Of a stretch of 64,000 bases of DNA, positions 50,837 to 59,675 are shown one piece after another. A program made the translations under genes and the position numbers. Under the pieces are notes generated by a model. It saw only the letters and a program-made list of their open reading frames with translations, did no database searches and had not been told where the DNA came from. Within the stretch, counting starts at the first letter, position 1. The number at the start of each line of letters is the position of its first letter. The stretch comes from a plasmid: assembly GCF_054482525.1 (NCBI RefSeq), contig NZ_JBTHVG010000003.1; one strand, 5' to 3'.

Positions 50837-51772
50837 ATGAAAATTATCGAAAAAATCATTAATGCCTTTTTGGTTGTTCAACATAAAAAAATACAGGTTA
50901 AAAACATTACATTTTTAGACAATGGGCAGGGCATGTTCTCTGGTATGTCTTTTGATGCTGATGTTTCACTGGAGTTTATGTATGAATCAGCAAAAGCATA
51001 TAGTTCTTGTTTCTGTGATATTCCCTTTCCAGGTTTTGAAGATGCAAATCTGGAGGAAATTACGAAATTTCAATTAGATGCTTTGAAGCAAAGAAAGAAT
51101 CATTCTTTCTTTGTTAACCATTTGAGGTTTCCTATAGTTTTAAGGGAAGGGTGCAAAATCGAAAGAGGAGAAGTCTATTCAATTTCGAATTGCACTTATA
51201 ATAAAGAAAGATTGCAGTATCTTTTTTCTCAGGATATTTACGGTAAGTTGTATAATTCCTTAGAGAAAGAATTAAGCTCGTTTTTCTCATTTATCAATGT
51301 TGAGGTGCACGAGTTGTTAAAAGATGCTGTATGCTTTGCATTAAAAATCCTGAATAAGATATCTTTGGATACACCTGAAAGACTTATTAAAGCTTTTAAT
51401 TATCGTGACTGGTATTGTAGTTACGATGTTGAGCTTTTTAGGAAAGGCTTACCTGGTCATATTCTGGAAGAGCTCATTGCTCCAGATATCTTACTTTCAG
51501 ACCTTAACGGTTGTAGAAAAATACTTAGAAATGCAAAACGATTTCTAAATGGACATACACAAACCAATTGTGTTTATATTAAATATGAATGGTGGTTGGG
51601 GCCTGTTGATACCTCACACTCAGCTAAGTTGATGTCTGACAAAGAAATTAATAACCGAAGTGACTTGAAGAATTTTTCAAAGGTCTTTTTCAAAGAGTGT
51701 TTAAGTTCTGGTAAGTCGGAATATGAAAACCATCTTAGTGAAAAAGAACATGCGCTTCGCTATAATTATTAA
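50837..51772 (+). CDS. Hypothetical protein, paralogue 2 of the tandem family
   Basis: 311 aa; ATG at 50837 after GAGAGAGGA; N-terminus MKIIEKIINAFLVVQ... Confidence 0.4.
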   Translation: MKIIEKIINAFLVVQHKKIQVKNITFLDNGQGMFSGMSFDADVSLEFMYESAKAYSSCFCDIPFPGFEDANLEEITKFQLDALKQRKNHSFFVNHLRFPIVLREGCKIERGEVYSISNCTYNKERLQYLFSQDIYGKLYNSLEKELSSFFSFINVEVHELLKDAVCFALKILNKISLDTPERLIKAFNYRDWYCSYDVELFRKGLPGHILEELIAPDILLSDLNGCRKILRNAKRFLNGHTQTNCVYIKYEWWLGPVDTSHSAKLMSDKEINNRSDLKNFSKVFFKECLSSGKSEYENHLSEKEHALRYNY

Positions 51773-51783
51773 TTAAAATTATT

Positions 51784-51823
51784 TTCTCCCATAGGGATTT
51801 CTCCCTATGGGAGAAATCCCTCT
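51784..51823. repeat. Conserved palindromic intergenic element (GGGATTTCTCCC / GGGAGAAATCCC arms)
   Basis: ttctcccatagggatttctccctatgggagaaatccctc. Perfect 12-bp arms with a 3-nt loop; same arms as the element at 41645-41690. Confidence 0.65.
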
Positions 51824-51840
51824 ATTAAGAGGGTATTGAA

Positions 51841-52761
51841 ATGAATGCTATACAAAAGTTAGTTGAATCTATTCTTGTTAAAATGGGTTTTGTTGGCGCT
51901 GTAGTGGAAAATATATATTTGGATTCAAAACCATTTCGGCATATTCGATTTGTGGCTGATATTCCAGTAATATCTTTTCTACCTCATTTGGTGAAATATC
52001 TTAAGGGTGCAGACCATCTTTACAGTGGTAACGATGATTTGCATCCTCTTTTCATTTATTTTTCCGAAGCGGCTACATTAAAAGCAGGTCCTGTAAATCT
52101 CGCGAACTTTCGTTTTGAAGTTTCTATAGCTTCAACTCATTTACGACTGGTCTCAGAGCAGCCTGATTTGCTTTTCAAAGGATTTAACCGGGATAATCTA
52201 GAATACGTTTATTACCGCTCAGATTTGGCCTCTAAGGATCTTATACTAGGCCTTGTTGAACACGGTTCTCCTTTCATAAAACATCTACATGGACTTATAC
52301 AAAAGCGAATTTTAAACGAGTTCTCTCTGATTTTTTCTGTTCTTGAAAAGATTTTAGAAAGCGCGAAGCCACAAATTCTTGCTTGCTTCCATAGTGTTGA
52401 TTATGAAATGAACGTAAAAATAATAGCCGAAGCTATACCTGAAACTGTATCTAATCAGATAGTCACATCTGATTATATAGTTAATTCTATATCAGATGCG
52501 GACAAGTTTATAAATCATGTTCGTCGCTATTTAGCAGGCAGGGTAATGAAGAGGCGGATATACGCTGAATTAGATGTTTGTGAAGAAACATCAAGTATTT
52601 CACTAGTGAACTTAGGATGCTTTACGTCTCCTCTGCTCGTTACGGAATATCAAATGTTTAAGCCACACTCTTCAGGGTTATATCGAAAAGCTATAAACAA
52701 CTCCTTAAAACAGTTCAAACCAGAAATGCATGTACCTTCTGAAGAACTCTTTTATAATTAA
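51841..52761 (+). CDS. Hypothetical protein, paralogue 3 of the tandem family
   Basis: 306 aa; N-terminus MNAIQKLVESILVKMGF... Confidence 0.4.
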   Translation: MNAIQKLVESILVKMGFVGAVVENIYLDSKPFRHIRFVADIPVISFLPHLVKYLKGADHLYSGNDDLHPLFIYFSEAATLKAGPVNLANFRFEVSIASTHLRLVSEQPDLLFKGFNRDNLEYVYYRSDLASKDLILGLVEHGSPFIKHLHGLIQKRILNEFSLIFSVLEKILESAKPQILACFHSVDYEMNVKIIAEAIPETVSNQIVTSDYIVNSISDADKFINHVRRYLAGRVMKRRIYAELDVCEETSSISLVNLGCFTSPLLVTEYQMFKPHSSGLYRKAINNSLKQFKPEMHVPSEELFYN

Positions 52762-52766
52762 TCTAA

Positions 52767-52810
52767 CCCATCCGGGAACCTGCTTCCCGGTGGGAAGCAC
52801 TTCCTTTTTA
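52767..52810. repeat. Conserved palindromic intergenic element
   Basis: cccatccgggaacctgcttcccggtgggaagcacttccttttta. Preceded by ATCTAACCCA, as is the element at 53879. Confidence 0.55.
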
Positions 52811-52827
52811 GTCATGAGGTAGTGTAA

Positions 52828-53766
52828 ATGTTTAAAGAATCTGACCACGTGGAATTTGTTAGTGCCTTTCTTTATCAAAATTTAGGCCTTAATGTTTCCG
52901 CTGACGATATAACCGTTCAATTATCTGATACTTCGTTCGACAAAGTAACCTTTGATTACGATGTAGATATCGATAATTTAAATTGTATGTTGGATCTCTA
53001 CATATCTGAGCTAATAAAGCACAACGCATCTTACTCCGATTCTATTCTTTTGAAACAAAAAATAATTTATTTTCTTGGAGTATTTAAGAATTTCGGATTT
53101 TTTACGTTTGATATTCGCGGATATAGTAATACTTTAAGCCCAGTTAAAGTTATTGATATTGTTTCAATGATTATTAATGACTGTGAAGAGTTATCTAAAG
53201 CTAATTCTTCTACTGATGCTATAAGAAATCTTTATCTCGATAAAATGAAGGTGGATGGGAAAGTGTTAGTTGCGAAATTTGCACTTAAACAGTTTTTTCA
53301 TTCCGACTTTGGTGACTTTATCTCATTTGTCGAGAAAAGAATTACAGATTGTCTTAATGAAACTTTAAGGATTATCAAAGCTGTTGAACATGGCTTTGTA
53401 CGTGTAGGGCAGCATAAGATTAATCGCCGTATTAATGATGACTTAAAGTTATGCATTGATTTCAATACTGATGATTATCCGGCAAATATGCCAGATATAT
53501 ATATTAAGTTTAACGATACATTTGATGGGAACGGGGCGTTATATTGTGACAATGATGCCCTCATATCCCTCTATACCGATGTTGCTTCAATTATCAATGT
53601 GCCGGTGATGATGGAAGTAAGATTGATCAATAAAAGAGGGCGTGTTGTCTGTGATTCTTCGCATTCAACTTACGTATCTCTCGAAAGTAATGACCGATAC
53701 AGAGTAACTGATCGCACATTACTAATAACTGAAGCTTTTGACGATTTTCGTAACGCGTCTCAATGA
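52828..53766 (+). CDS. Hypothetical protein, paralogue 4 of the tandem family
   Basis: 312 aa. Clearly paralogous to the next ORF (VDGKVLVAKFALKQFFHSDF versus VDGQVMIARFALQQFWDTHF; C-terminal DRTLLITEAFDDFRN versus DRNDLVSEVFDNLRN). Confidence 0.45.
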   Translation: MFKESDHVEFVSAFLYQNLGLNVSADDITVQLSDTSFDKVTFDYDVDIDNLNCMLDLYISELIKHNASYSDSILLKQKIIYFLGVFKNFGFFTFDIRGYSNTLSPVKVIDIVSMIINDCEELSKANSSTDAIRNLYLDKMKVDGKVLVAKFALKQFFHSDFGDFISFVEKRITDCLNETLRIIKAVEHGFVRVGQHKINRRINDDLKLCIDFNTDDYPANMPDIYIKFNDTFDGNGALYCDNDALISLYTDVASIINVPVMMEVRLINKRGRVVCDSSHSTYVSLESNDRYRVTDRTLLITEAFDDFRNASQ

Positions 53767-53878
53767 TCCTTTTGCTTCAGTCCAAAAAAGTAACTTTGGT
53801 TGGCTGAAGACACTTGTCTATGACAATGTAAAATCTGTCGCTGGCATCTTCTTTTAGCTTAACCAAATTTTTATCTAA

Positions 53879-53919
53879 CCCAGTGGGGAAGTCGCTTCCC
53901 TTCTGGGGCACTTCCTCTC
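53879..53919. repeat. Conserved palindromic intergenic element
   Basis: cccagtggggaagtcgcttcccttctggggcacttcctctc. Downstream ribosome-binding context GAGGTAGTGTA is shared with the 52828 gene. Confidence 0.55.
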
Positions 53920-53931
53920 AAATTCGAGGTA

Positions 53932-54894
53932 GTGTATATGACACATTCATCTGATGATAAAAACTATGTCCGAGCAGTTCTGAGTTATCTTGGCATAGAT
54001 TTTGATGAGGCGGATATAGTATTAAGTGTTTGCCATTGTCAAAGTGACGAGCTTTCTTTTACCTGTAATATCAAAGCTATTGAACTCAAGAATGTTGTTG
54101 ATTTATATGTCGATAGTATCTCTGAGAATGAAATAGAAGCTTTAAACAGAGAATCTTTAAAATCGCGACTCTGTTACTTTCTTGAGGTGTTTGACGCAGT
54201 CTCTGGTCAGTACCTTGAAATTTCAGGAAAACACTTTGCAACTAGTCGTTTTGAATATGATGATGTTTGTAGTGAAGTTCTTAGCATGTCTAATGATGTT
54301 TCTCAGTCGAAAGGTTATGACCGGGATGAATATAACAGACTGATGCAGGTTGATGGTCAGGTTATGATTGCCCGTTTTGCTTTGCAACAGTTCTGGGATA
54401 CTCATTTTATTGGACTAATAACATTTGTATCTGAGTCTATAACATCGAGCCTCTATAAAGCTTATGAAACTTTTAGTGATATTAGTTTGGCTTGCTATAA
54501 ACTGAGTGAATATTCTTATTCACGCTCTATCAACAGTGAATTGACCCTTAATATTTCACTTAAAGAAAATGACTTCTGTGAGGACCTATCTGATTGCTAT
54601 ATGGAAGATGAGGCTTTACCTTCTGGTAGGGTAATTTCTCGACGCAACAATGACTCCATAATAAGTATTTATGAGAGCTATGCTGCGGCTTCTTATATTC
54701 CGATGATTGCATCTTTGGAAGTCGTTGATGAATACGGCGAAGTGGTTACTGACCTCTGCCATACCGTTTATGTTTCAGAGTTAACCGGTGGGCGGATTAA
54801 AATCCACGACCGTAATGACTTAGTATCTGAAGTTTTCGATAACCTAAGAAATTTAAATCTTGCAGTTGGAGATTCAGTTTCACAAGCTGCTTGA
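53932..54894 (+). CDS. Hypothetical protein, paralogue 5 of the tandem family
   Basis: 320 aa; paralogous to the 52828 ORF. Confidence 0.45.
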   Translation: MYMTHSSDDKNYVRAVLSYLGIDFDEADIVLSVCHCQSDELSFTCNIKAIELKNVVDLYVDSISENEIEALNRESLKSRLCYFLEVFDAVSGQYLEISGKHFATSRFEYDDVCSEVLSMSNDVSQSKGYDRDEYNRLMQVDGQVMIARFALQQFWDTHFIGLITFVSESITSSLYKAYETFSDISLACYKLSEYSYSRSINSELTLNISLKENDFCEDLSDCYMEDEALPSGRVISRRNNDSIISIYESYAAASYIPMIASLEVVDEYGEVVTDLCHTVYVSELTGGRIKIHDRNDLVSEVFDNLRNLNLAVGDSVSQAA

Positions 54895-55157
54895 TTCTTT
54901 CCCTGATTTTGATTTTTTCTCACATACTCTTATGGCACGGTTTCCGTGCCTTTTTTTTGCCTCGCTTACAAGCGTCTACTCCTCTTCTACCTATCCCACC
55001 TTACATCACCACTTAAAATCTATCTTTCTAATTCCATTATCCTTTTCGTAGCCTCTAATGCTCTGGTATGAACATACTCTTTAAACTCAAAAAAGTGCTA
55101 TTAACGAAAAAAAATCCCTAAAGAGATTTGTATACTGTTCTCAACCAAGGAGAGCTC

Positions 55158-55433
55158 ATGAATGAACTAAAATCCAAAAACGAGAACAGTACCAAAAGCA
55201 ACTTTCCCCCGGTTGATAATCAGTTTTGCTTTTACCATGTTGATTTCAGCATAGAACGACTACTTTCTACGGCCGAGGATCTCCAGCTTGAGTACATCTT
55301 CCAGAAACCTGGAAGTGAAGTAAGAAAGGATTTGGTTGAGCGATTCGAACGTGGAGAGCGCTTTGTTACAGCTTCACACTGTGACAATTTCTGTGAAATC
55401 CTTGGTTGTCAAGGCCATCAGGAAAATGCATAA
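55158..55433 (+). CDS. Hypothetical small protein
   Basis: About 91 aa from the ATG at 55158, with an AAGGAG ribosome-binding site. Confidence 0.3.
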   Translation: MNELKSKNENSTKSNFPPVDNQFCFYHVDFSIERLLSTAEDLQLEYIFQKPGSEVRKDLVERFERGERFVTASHCDNFCEILGCQGHQENA

Positions 55434-55477
55434 ACCCATAAACCTACATTTCCACTTTTAAGGATGTTCACTAAAGA

Positions 55478-56068
55478 ATGATTGGAGAAAGTATTTTTGA
55501 CTGGGTAATTTACGGAATATCCATTTTGATATTTGCCTCAGCACTAATTGAAGGAAAGACAACTCGCTACCCAGCACTTTTTTTCTATGGGAGTTTAATT
55601 TTAATGTTAATCCTGATAGTTGCTGGAGGCCTTAACTGGTGGTTCTACAGGTCAAAATATGGCGCAGTAATCGTTATCTTCACAGTGGTTTCTTTACTGA
55701 TGACTCGATTCCGCCTGGTCATATATAAATTAAGATTAAGAAAGTTAGTTTCAGAGATCAGATTTCGTATAAAAACGGGTTTTCGTATAATTCTTGTTTT
55801 GTCGGATAATGAGGATGAGCGTAATGTTCTGCTGTCTATGCTTAGCAACGTATTGCCAGAGCAAACGCTTATTCACACGCGTGATGCTCTCGGACCTCAT
55901 TCAGGGCCTATCCTAAAAGCTCTTGAGCTACATCATCAACAGGGAACAGGTTACATACTCGTCTGTGAACAACAAATCTCAGCGCGTACGTGGTTGAGTA
56001 TCGTAGAAAATGGGAAACCTGATACATCTATAGCTGTTAATTTTCATTCGATCCCAGAAATGGAGTGA
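55478..56068 (+). CDS. Hypothetical membrane protein
   Basis: 196 aa, hydrophobic N-terminal segments then a soluble C-terminal domain. Confidence 0.35.
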   Translation: MIGESIFDWVIYGISILIFASALIEGKTTRYPALFFYGSLILMLILIVAGGLNWWFYRSKYGAVIVIFTVVSLLMTRFRLVIYKLRLRKLVSEIRFRIKTGFRIILVLSDNEDERNVLLSMLSNVLPEQTLIHTRDALGPHSGPILKALELHHQQGTGYILVCEQQISARTWLSIVENGKPDTSIAVNFHSIPEME

Positions 56069-56075
56069 TTTTTCA

Positions 56076-56333
56076 ATGAGTAGAACCGTTTCACAAAGTG
56101 TCACAGAAGATTGTCTTTTTGATACCCGCACACAAGTCAGATTACAACTAAGTCGAAGCGTTCATAAAACGCTGGCATCTGCTAAAGAAATTTTACAGGG
56201 AAGGGGGGTTGATTCGGTCTCTATTGAAGATCTTGTGCGAGCCTGTCTTGAAGAGAACCAGCCAATTGATCTCGCCTCACTTTACCTTGAAAATCTCTTA
56301 AAACAGAAAGGTACCAGCATTTGCGATTTTTAG
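56076..56333 (+). CDS. Hypothetical small protein
   Basis: 85-aa ORF tightly following the previous gene. Confidence 0.3.
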   Translation: MSRTVSQSVTEDCLFDTRTQVRLQLSRSVHKTLASAKEILQGRGVDSVSIEDLVRACLEENQPIDLASLYLENLLKQKGTSICDF

Positions 56334-56406
56334 TGTTTTCAAACCTATTAGATAAAATGCCGGTTGTGTTTATATAACATCAATAATTTCATGCAACAGG
56401 TAAAAC

Positions 56407-56943
56407 ATGAGTACTCAAAAGCAACTTTCCAGAACAACCGGCACTGAACGTATGTTTAAGGAAGAGCTGGCGTTATCCTTAATTTGTTGGGTTTTCACCA
56501 GTCCATTTACCAACTGGACCGATAAAGTCTTCAGTGGTATTGAAGTTCCGTCTGAAGGACCGTCAACATTACTGGGTGAGGCTGAAAAATTCTTTCGTTT
56601 TGTCGTTAATGAAGAAGGCTACGACGCAGGAAGGGCTGCTCTTGGTCTTGACCTATGTTGTTTTTCACTTCCGTCGTGTTTGTTCCCGGACGCTGCCCTG
56701 TCTGAGGAAGAGGTTATGAGTAAGTTAACCGGAGAAGTTATCCATGGGATTCTTCTTTCCTTACCTGAATTTATTGATATGCCAGAAGTGCTCGCTTACC
56801 AGGTCAGGGATGAAATTCTTGCTTTTAACACTCGCTGTGGAGACGGGATCTTTCATGGTTGGAACACGGCTTCAGAATTGTGGAAGTTTGAAATCTTTCC
56901 CCGCACCACCATCATGATGCAGCATACTTCGGCAATACATTAA
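56407..56943 (+). CDS. Hypothetical protein
   Basis: 178-aa ORF. Confidence 0.35.
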   Translation: MSTQKQLSRTTGTERMFKEELALSLICWVFTSPFTNWTDKVFSGIEVPSEGPSTLLGEAEKFFRFVVNEEGYDAGRAALGLDLCCFSLPSCLFPDAALSEEEVMSKLTGEVIHGILLSLPEFIDMPEVLAYQVRDEILAFNTRCGDGIFHGWNTASELWKFEIFPRTTIMMQHTSAIH

Positions 56944-56959
56944 AATTAGGCGGGGCAGA

Positions 56960-57406
56960 ATGCATAAAAAACTTTTTCTTCTCGAATGGAAACCCTGTCA
57001 GAGCCGCGTATGGGCCGGTTGGATGGCCCTGTGGTTGACTATCAGTTTTCTGATGTTATCTGCCTTGCTTATGACAGATCATCTCCTGAACAAAGTCATC
57101 CTGCCGCCAACATGGTTGTTGATCTGGTTTTCGCCAATGCTGGGGTTTTTGATAAAAGTTCGCGTCGTCGAAACTCAACATTTCCTGGAGCATGACCTCT
57201 GTGTTGCAGGTTTCTCTTTTTACCGCTGGAAGAGGTTAGTTTCTCCCGGGCTTTGGTCAGTTGACTGTATAAATGGTCGTTTTCGCCTCAATCGGATCAC
57301 CCAGGTGGGTAAGACTATCCACTATCCATGGCGTCTCCATTATCATCCTTTGTTCATGAGCCCTATCGAACATAAATCGCATGCTGTGAAAGCTGTTTCA
57401 AAATGA
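56960..57406 (+). CDS. Hypothetical membrane protein
   Basis: 148 aa with two hydrophobic segments. Confidence 0.3.
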   Translation: MHKKLFLLEWKPCQSRVWAGWMALWLTISFLMLSALLMTDHLLNKVILPPTWLLIWFSPMLGFLIKVRVVETQHFLEHDLCVAGFSFYRWKRLVSPGLWSVDCINGRFRLNRITQVGKTIHYPWRLHYHPLFMSPIEHKSHAVKAVSK

Positions 57407-57478
57407 CTTCTTTAGAGGTTTACATGACATTTATGTTCTGCAAGGTCAGCCAGGGCAGCAAAATTGATTTGAAATAAC

Positions 57479-58459
57479 ATGAGCCTGGAGAAACGTATGA
57501 GTTATGACGATTTGCCCTATTTTCGTGACCAGATTCTGGAACGTATCGACTCGCTTAAGTGTTTTCTTTCGAACACCCCCCCGCTGATGGCAAACCTGAT
57601 GACTGTCTCCACCGTATCTCGAACAGAAGAGCGACTGAAGCAGGTTAAACCCATCAGGGTTAGTGTTAAAGACGATGCTTCGGTTGAGGAAATTATTCAG
57701 GCACTTACTGACATCTGTGTGGATGACATAGAGTCATTAAGTCATGATTCCACCAAAGTGACCACTAAATACCCGGGTCTTATCATTGTCCCAGAAAGAG
57801 CAGATCTTCTCGAAAGCTTGATCACATCTATAAATGAAGCAAAAAATGATTTTGCTGCGGCAATGAGGCGTATCGATAATAAAAAGAATGTCCGTTTTGA
57901 TAAAGTGCACAAGAAGCTCCCGGGCCTTGTCGCTATGCACTCAACAAGAAATGTCCTTTTCATCAAGTCCCAGCTTAAAAAAGTTACTTTTTCATGGCGG
58001 CTAAACCGAAACCAGGAAGTTAAAACAGCAGAGCAACTTGTGAGTTTGTTGGAGCGCAGGAGAGCCTCAGAAGTAAAAAATGTAGCAACTACCAATTTGA
58101 ATGTCGTGTCTAATATCGATAAGGCTTTACACCGTCTTGAATTTCACCCACTGAAGCAGGGCGAATCTTATCGCCTTTGTCGAACTAACTCTTTCCCTGT
58201 TCCGATTGCTCACATTTTTGCATTTAGGCCTGAAGGCCAGGAACGAAACGGGAATAAATATGCTGAGACTGATTATTCAGTAGTAAAAGCATCCTTGCCC
58301 ATTTTCGCAGCAGGCAACATACCTCAATTAAAAACGCTCTCTGACTGGGCTCCTGAAAACAGCCAGGGCCCGTCCAACCAACGGAAGCTGAGCCTGAAAT
58401 ATACAGAACTCGTGCCGGGGGCTGAGCTGGGCATTTTCATTGTCAGCCCCGAAAATTAA
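57479..58459 (+). CDS. Tus-like protein (replication terminus site-binding protein homologue)
   Basis: 326 aa. By-eye alignment to E. coli Tus in its signature region (FDKVHKKLPGLVAMHSTRNV versus [20 protein letters not shown]; FSW versus FGW). Similar length to Tus (309 aa). Confidence 0.45.
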   Translation: MSLEKRMSYDDLPYFRDQILERIDSLKCFLSNTPPLMANLMTVSTVSRTEERLKQVKPIRVSVKDDASVEEIIQALTDICVDDIESLSHDSTKVTTKYPGLIIVPERADLLESLITSINEAKNDFAAAMRRIDNKKNVRFDKVHKKLPGLVAMHSTRNVLFIKSQLKKVTFSWRLNRNQEVKTAEQLVSLLERRRASEVKNVATTNLNVVSNIDKALHRLEFHPLKQGESYRLCRTNSFPVPIAHIFAFRPEGQERNGNKYAETDYSVVKASLPIFAAGNIPQLKTLSDWAPENSQGPSNQRKLSLKYTELVPGAELGIFIVSPEN

Positions 58460-58468
58460 GGAACAACA

Positions 58469-59374
58469 ATGCAATGGATTTCCACAGCCAGCCAGAAAAT
58501 CGATGAGCGTCTCTATCGTGTCTGCGTCTGGGTAAAAAAATATCACGCTGATGCGATTAACCGCGTTGTGCTTACCGTTGATCTAAGTAAAGCCCGACAT
58601 GACCCTGACGAGGACCAGGTAAGAGCAGAGCTGCTGTGCGGCCATTATTTTTTGCTTCGTAAGGAAAACGCTTCGAACTCTGCGCCTGACGATCAAAAGT
58701 TTGCTTTCCTGCCTGACGGGCGCAATCTGTGTTGGCAGACCGCAACCCCGGTGCTTCAGCATCTCCTGCTCAATAAAAACGTTCCTGAGTCGCTGAGGTT
58801 GCTTACGGACTACATACATATGCGTCTGGCCAGGCTGACAATGGTACCAATGTCCGGAACCATCATGAACGAGGCTCTGCTGGACAGCATCAGCTGGGTT
58901 AAGGTGGATTTGACCTACTTCTGGCAGTACGAACAGCTCAGCTCTCATCTGGGACCCATCCAGATAACCCACAAGGCACTAGTACGCTTCGGGCATCTGG
59001 CAAAGAATGATGAAAACTCCAGTGCCATAAGAATCCTGCGTCAGCGTCTGTCTTCAGAATTCTTACAAGAATTTCAGATGGCTGAGGATGAGCTAAAGCG
59101 CAAACAGTCGTTGATGGGCACCATGGACGTGAAAATGCTGTTTCATGCTCATTACCCCAGCCAGAAGATGCTGGTGGCTCGATATAAAAATGGTTGGGTA
59201 ATGGTGGATTGTTTTCTGTTTCATCATACCAAACCTAAGAAAAAAGCAAAAAACAAAACTACTGTGGCTAAGCCTCAACTTAAAGAGACTAAAAGAGAAG
59301 GGAGTGAAAATGGAACTGGGCATTATGGTGTGCATCGTGTTGTTACTCTCCGTGGCGGCGGCGTGGATCAGTAA
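58469..59374 (+). CDS. Hypothetical protein
   Basis: 301-aa ORF with a lysine-rich C-terminal tail. Confidence 0.35.
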   Translation: MQWISTASQKIDERLYRVCVWVKKYHADAINRVVLTVDLSKARHDPDEDQVRAELLCGHYFLLRKENASNSAPDDQKFAFLPDGRNLCWQTATPVLQHLLLNKNVPESLRLLTDYIHMRLARLTMVPMSGTIMNEALLDSISWVKVDLTYFWQYEQLSSHLGPIQITHKALVRFGHLAKNDENSSAIRILRQRLSSEFLQEFQMAEDELKRKQSLMGTMDVKMLFHAHYPSQKMLVARYKNGWVMVDCFLFHHTKPKKKAKNKTTVAKPQLKETKREGSENGTGHYGVHRVVTLRGGGVDQ

Positions 59375-59654
59375 TAAGACAGTTGATTTGCTCGAAAGAT
59401 TCTATTTCAAGCGTCCGCTGAGCATGGAGTACGCGGCATGGCTACGTGTAATGTGTGCAGGCTTGTTATTGGTTTTTATTCAGGTTGCTCCACAATTTAC
59501 ACTTCTGTATACCCTTAAACTTGTCACGCTTATTAATCTTGGAATCCAGACAATGAAATTAAATGGCGTGTACAAATATAAAAGAACGGGAATTTTGCCT
59601 CCGGGAGGGGCACTCTCTAATCTCACCAGACTTAACCCGTTCAAGAAAAAATAA
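59310..59654 (+). CDS. Hypothetical small membrane protein
   Basis: About 114 aa from the ATG at 59310 (GGGAG ribosome-binding site); two hydrophobic segments; overlaps the end of the previous ORF. Confidence 0.3.
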   Translation: MELGIMVCIVLLLSVAAAWISNKTVDLLERFYFKRPLSMEYAAWLRVMCAGLLLVFIQVAPQFTLLYTLKLVTLINLGIQTMKLNGVYKYKRTGILPPGGALSNLTRLNPFKKK

Positions 59655-59675
59655 AGTTATGCGCCCGTGAGGGCG

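Noticed and set aside
41645-53919. Interpreting the palindromic intergenic elements as attC sites, MITEs or single-strand promoters
   Set aside because: No integron integrase or attI is present, the elements are only about 40 bp without target duplications or terminal inverted repeats typical of MITEs, and they are far shorter than Frpo-type single-strand promoters. Terminator or attenuator remains the simplest reading.
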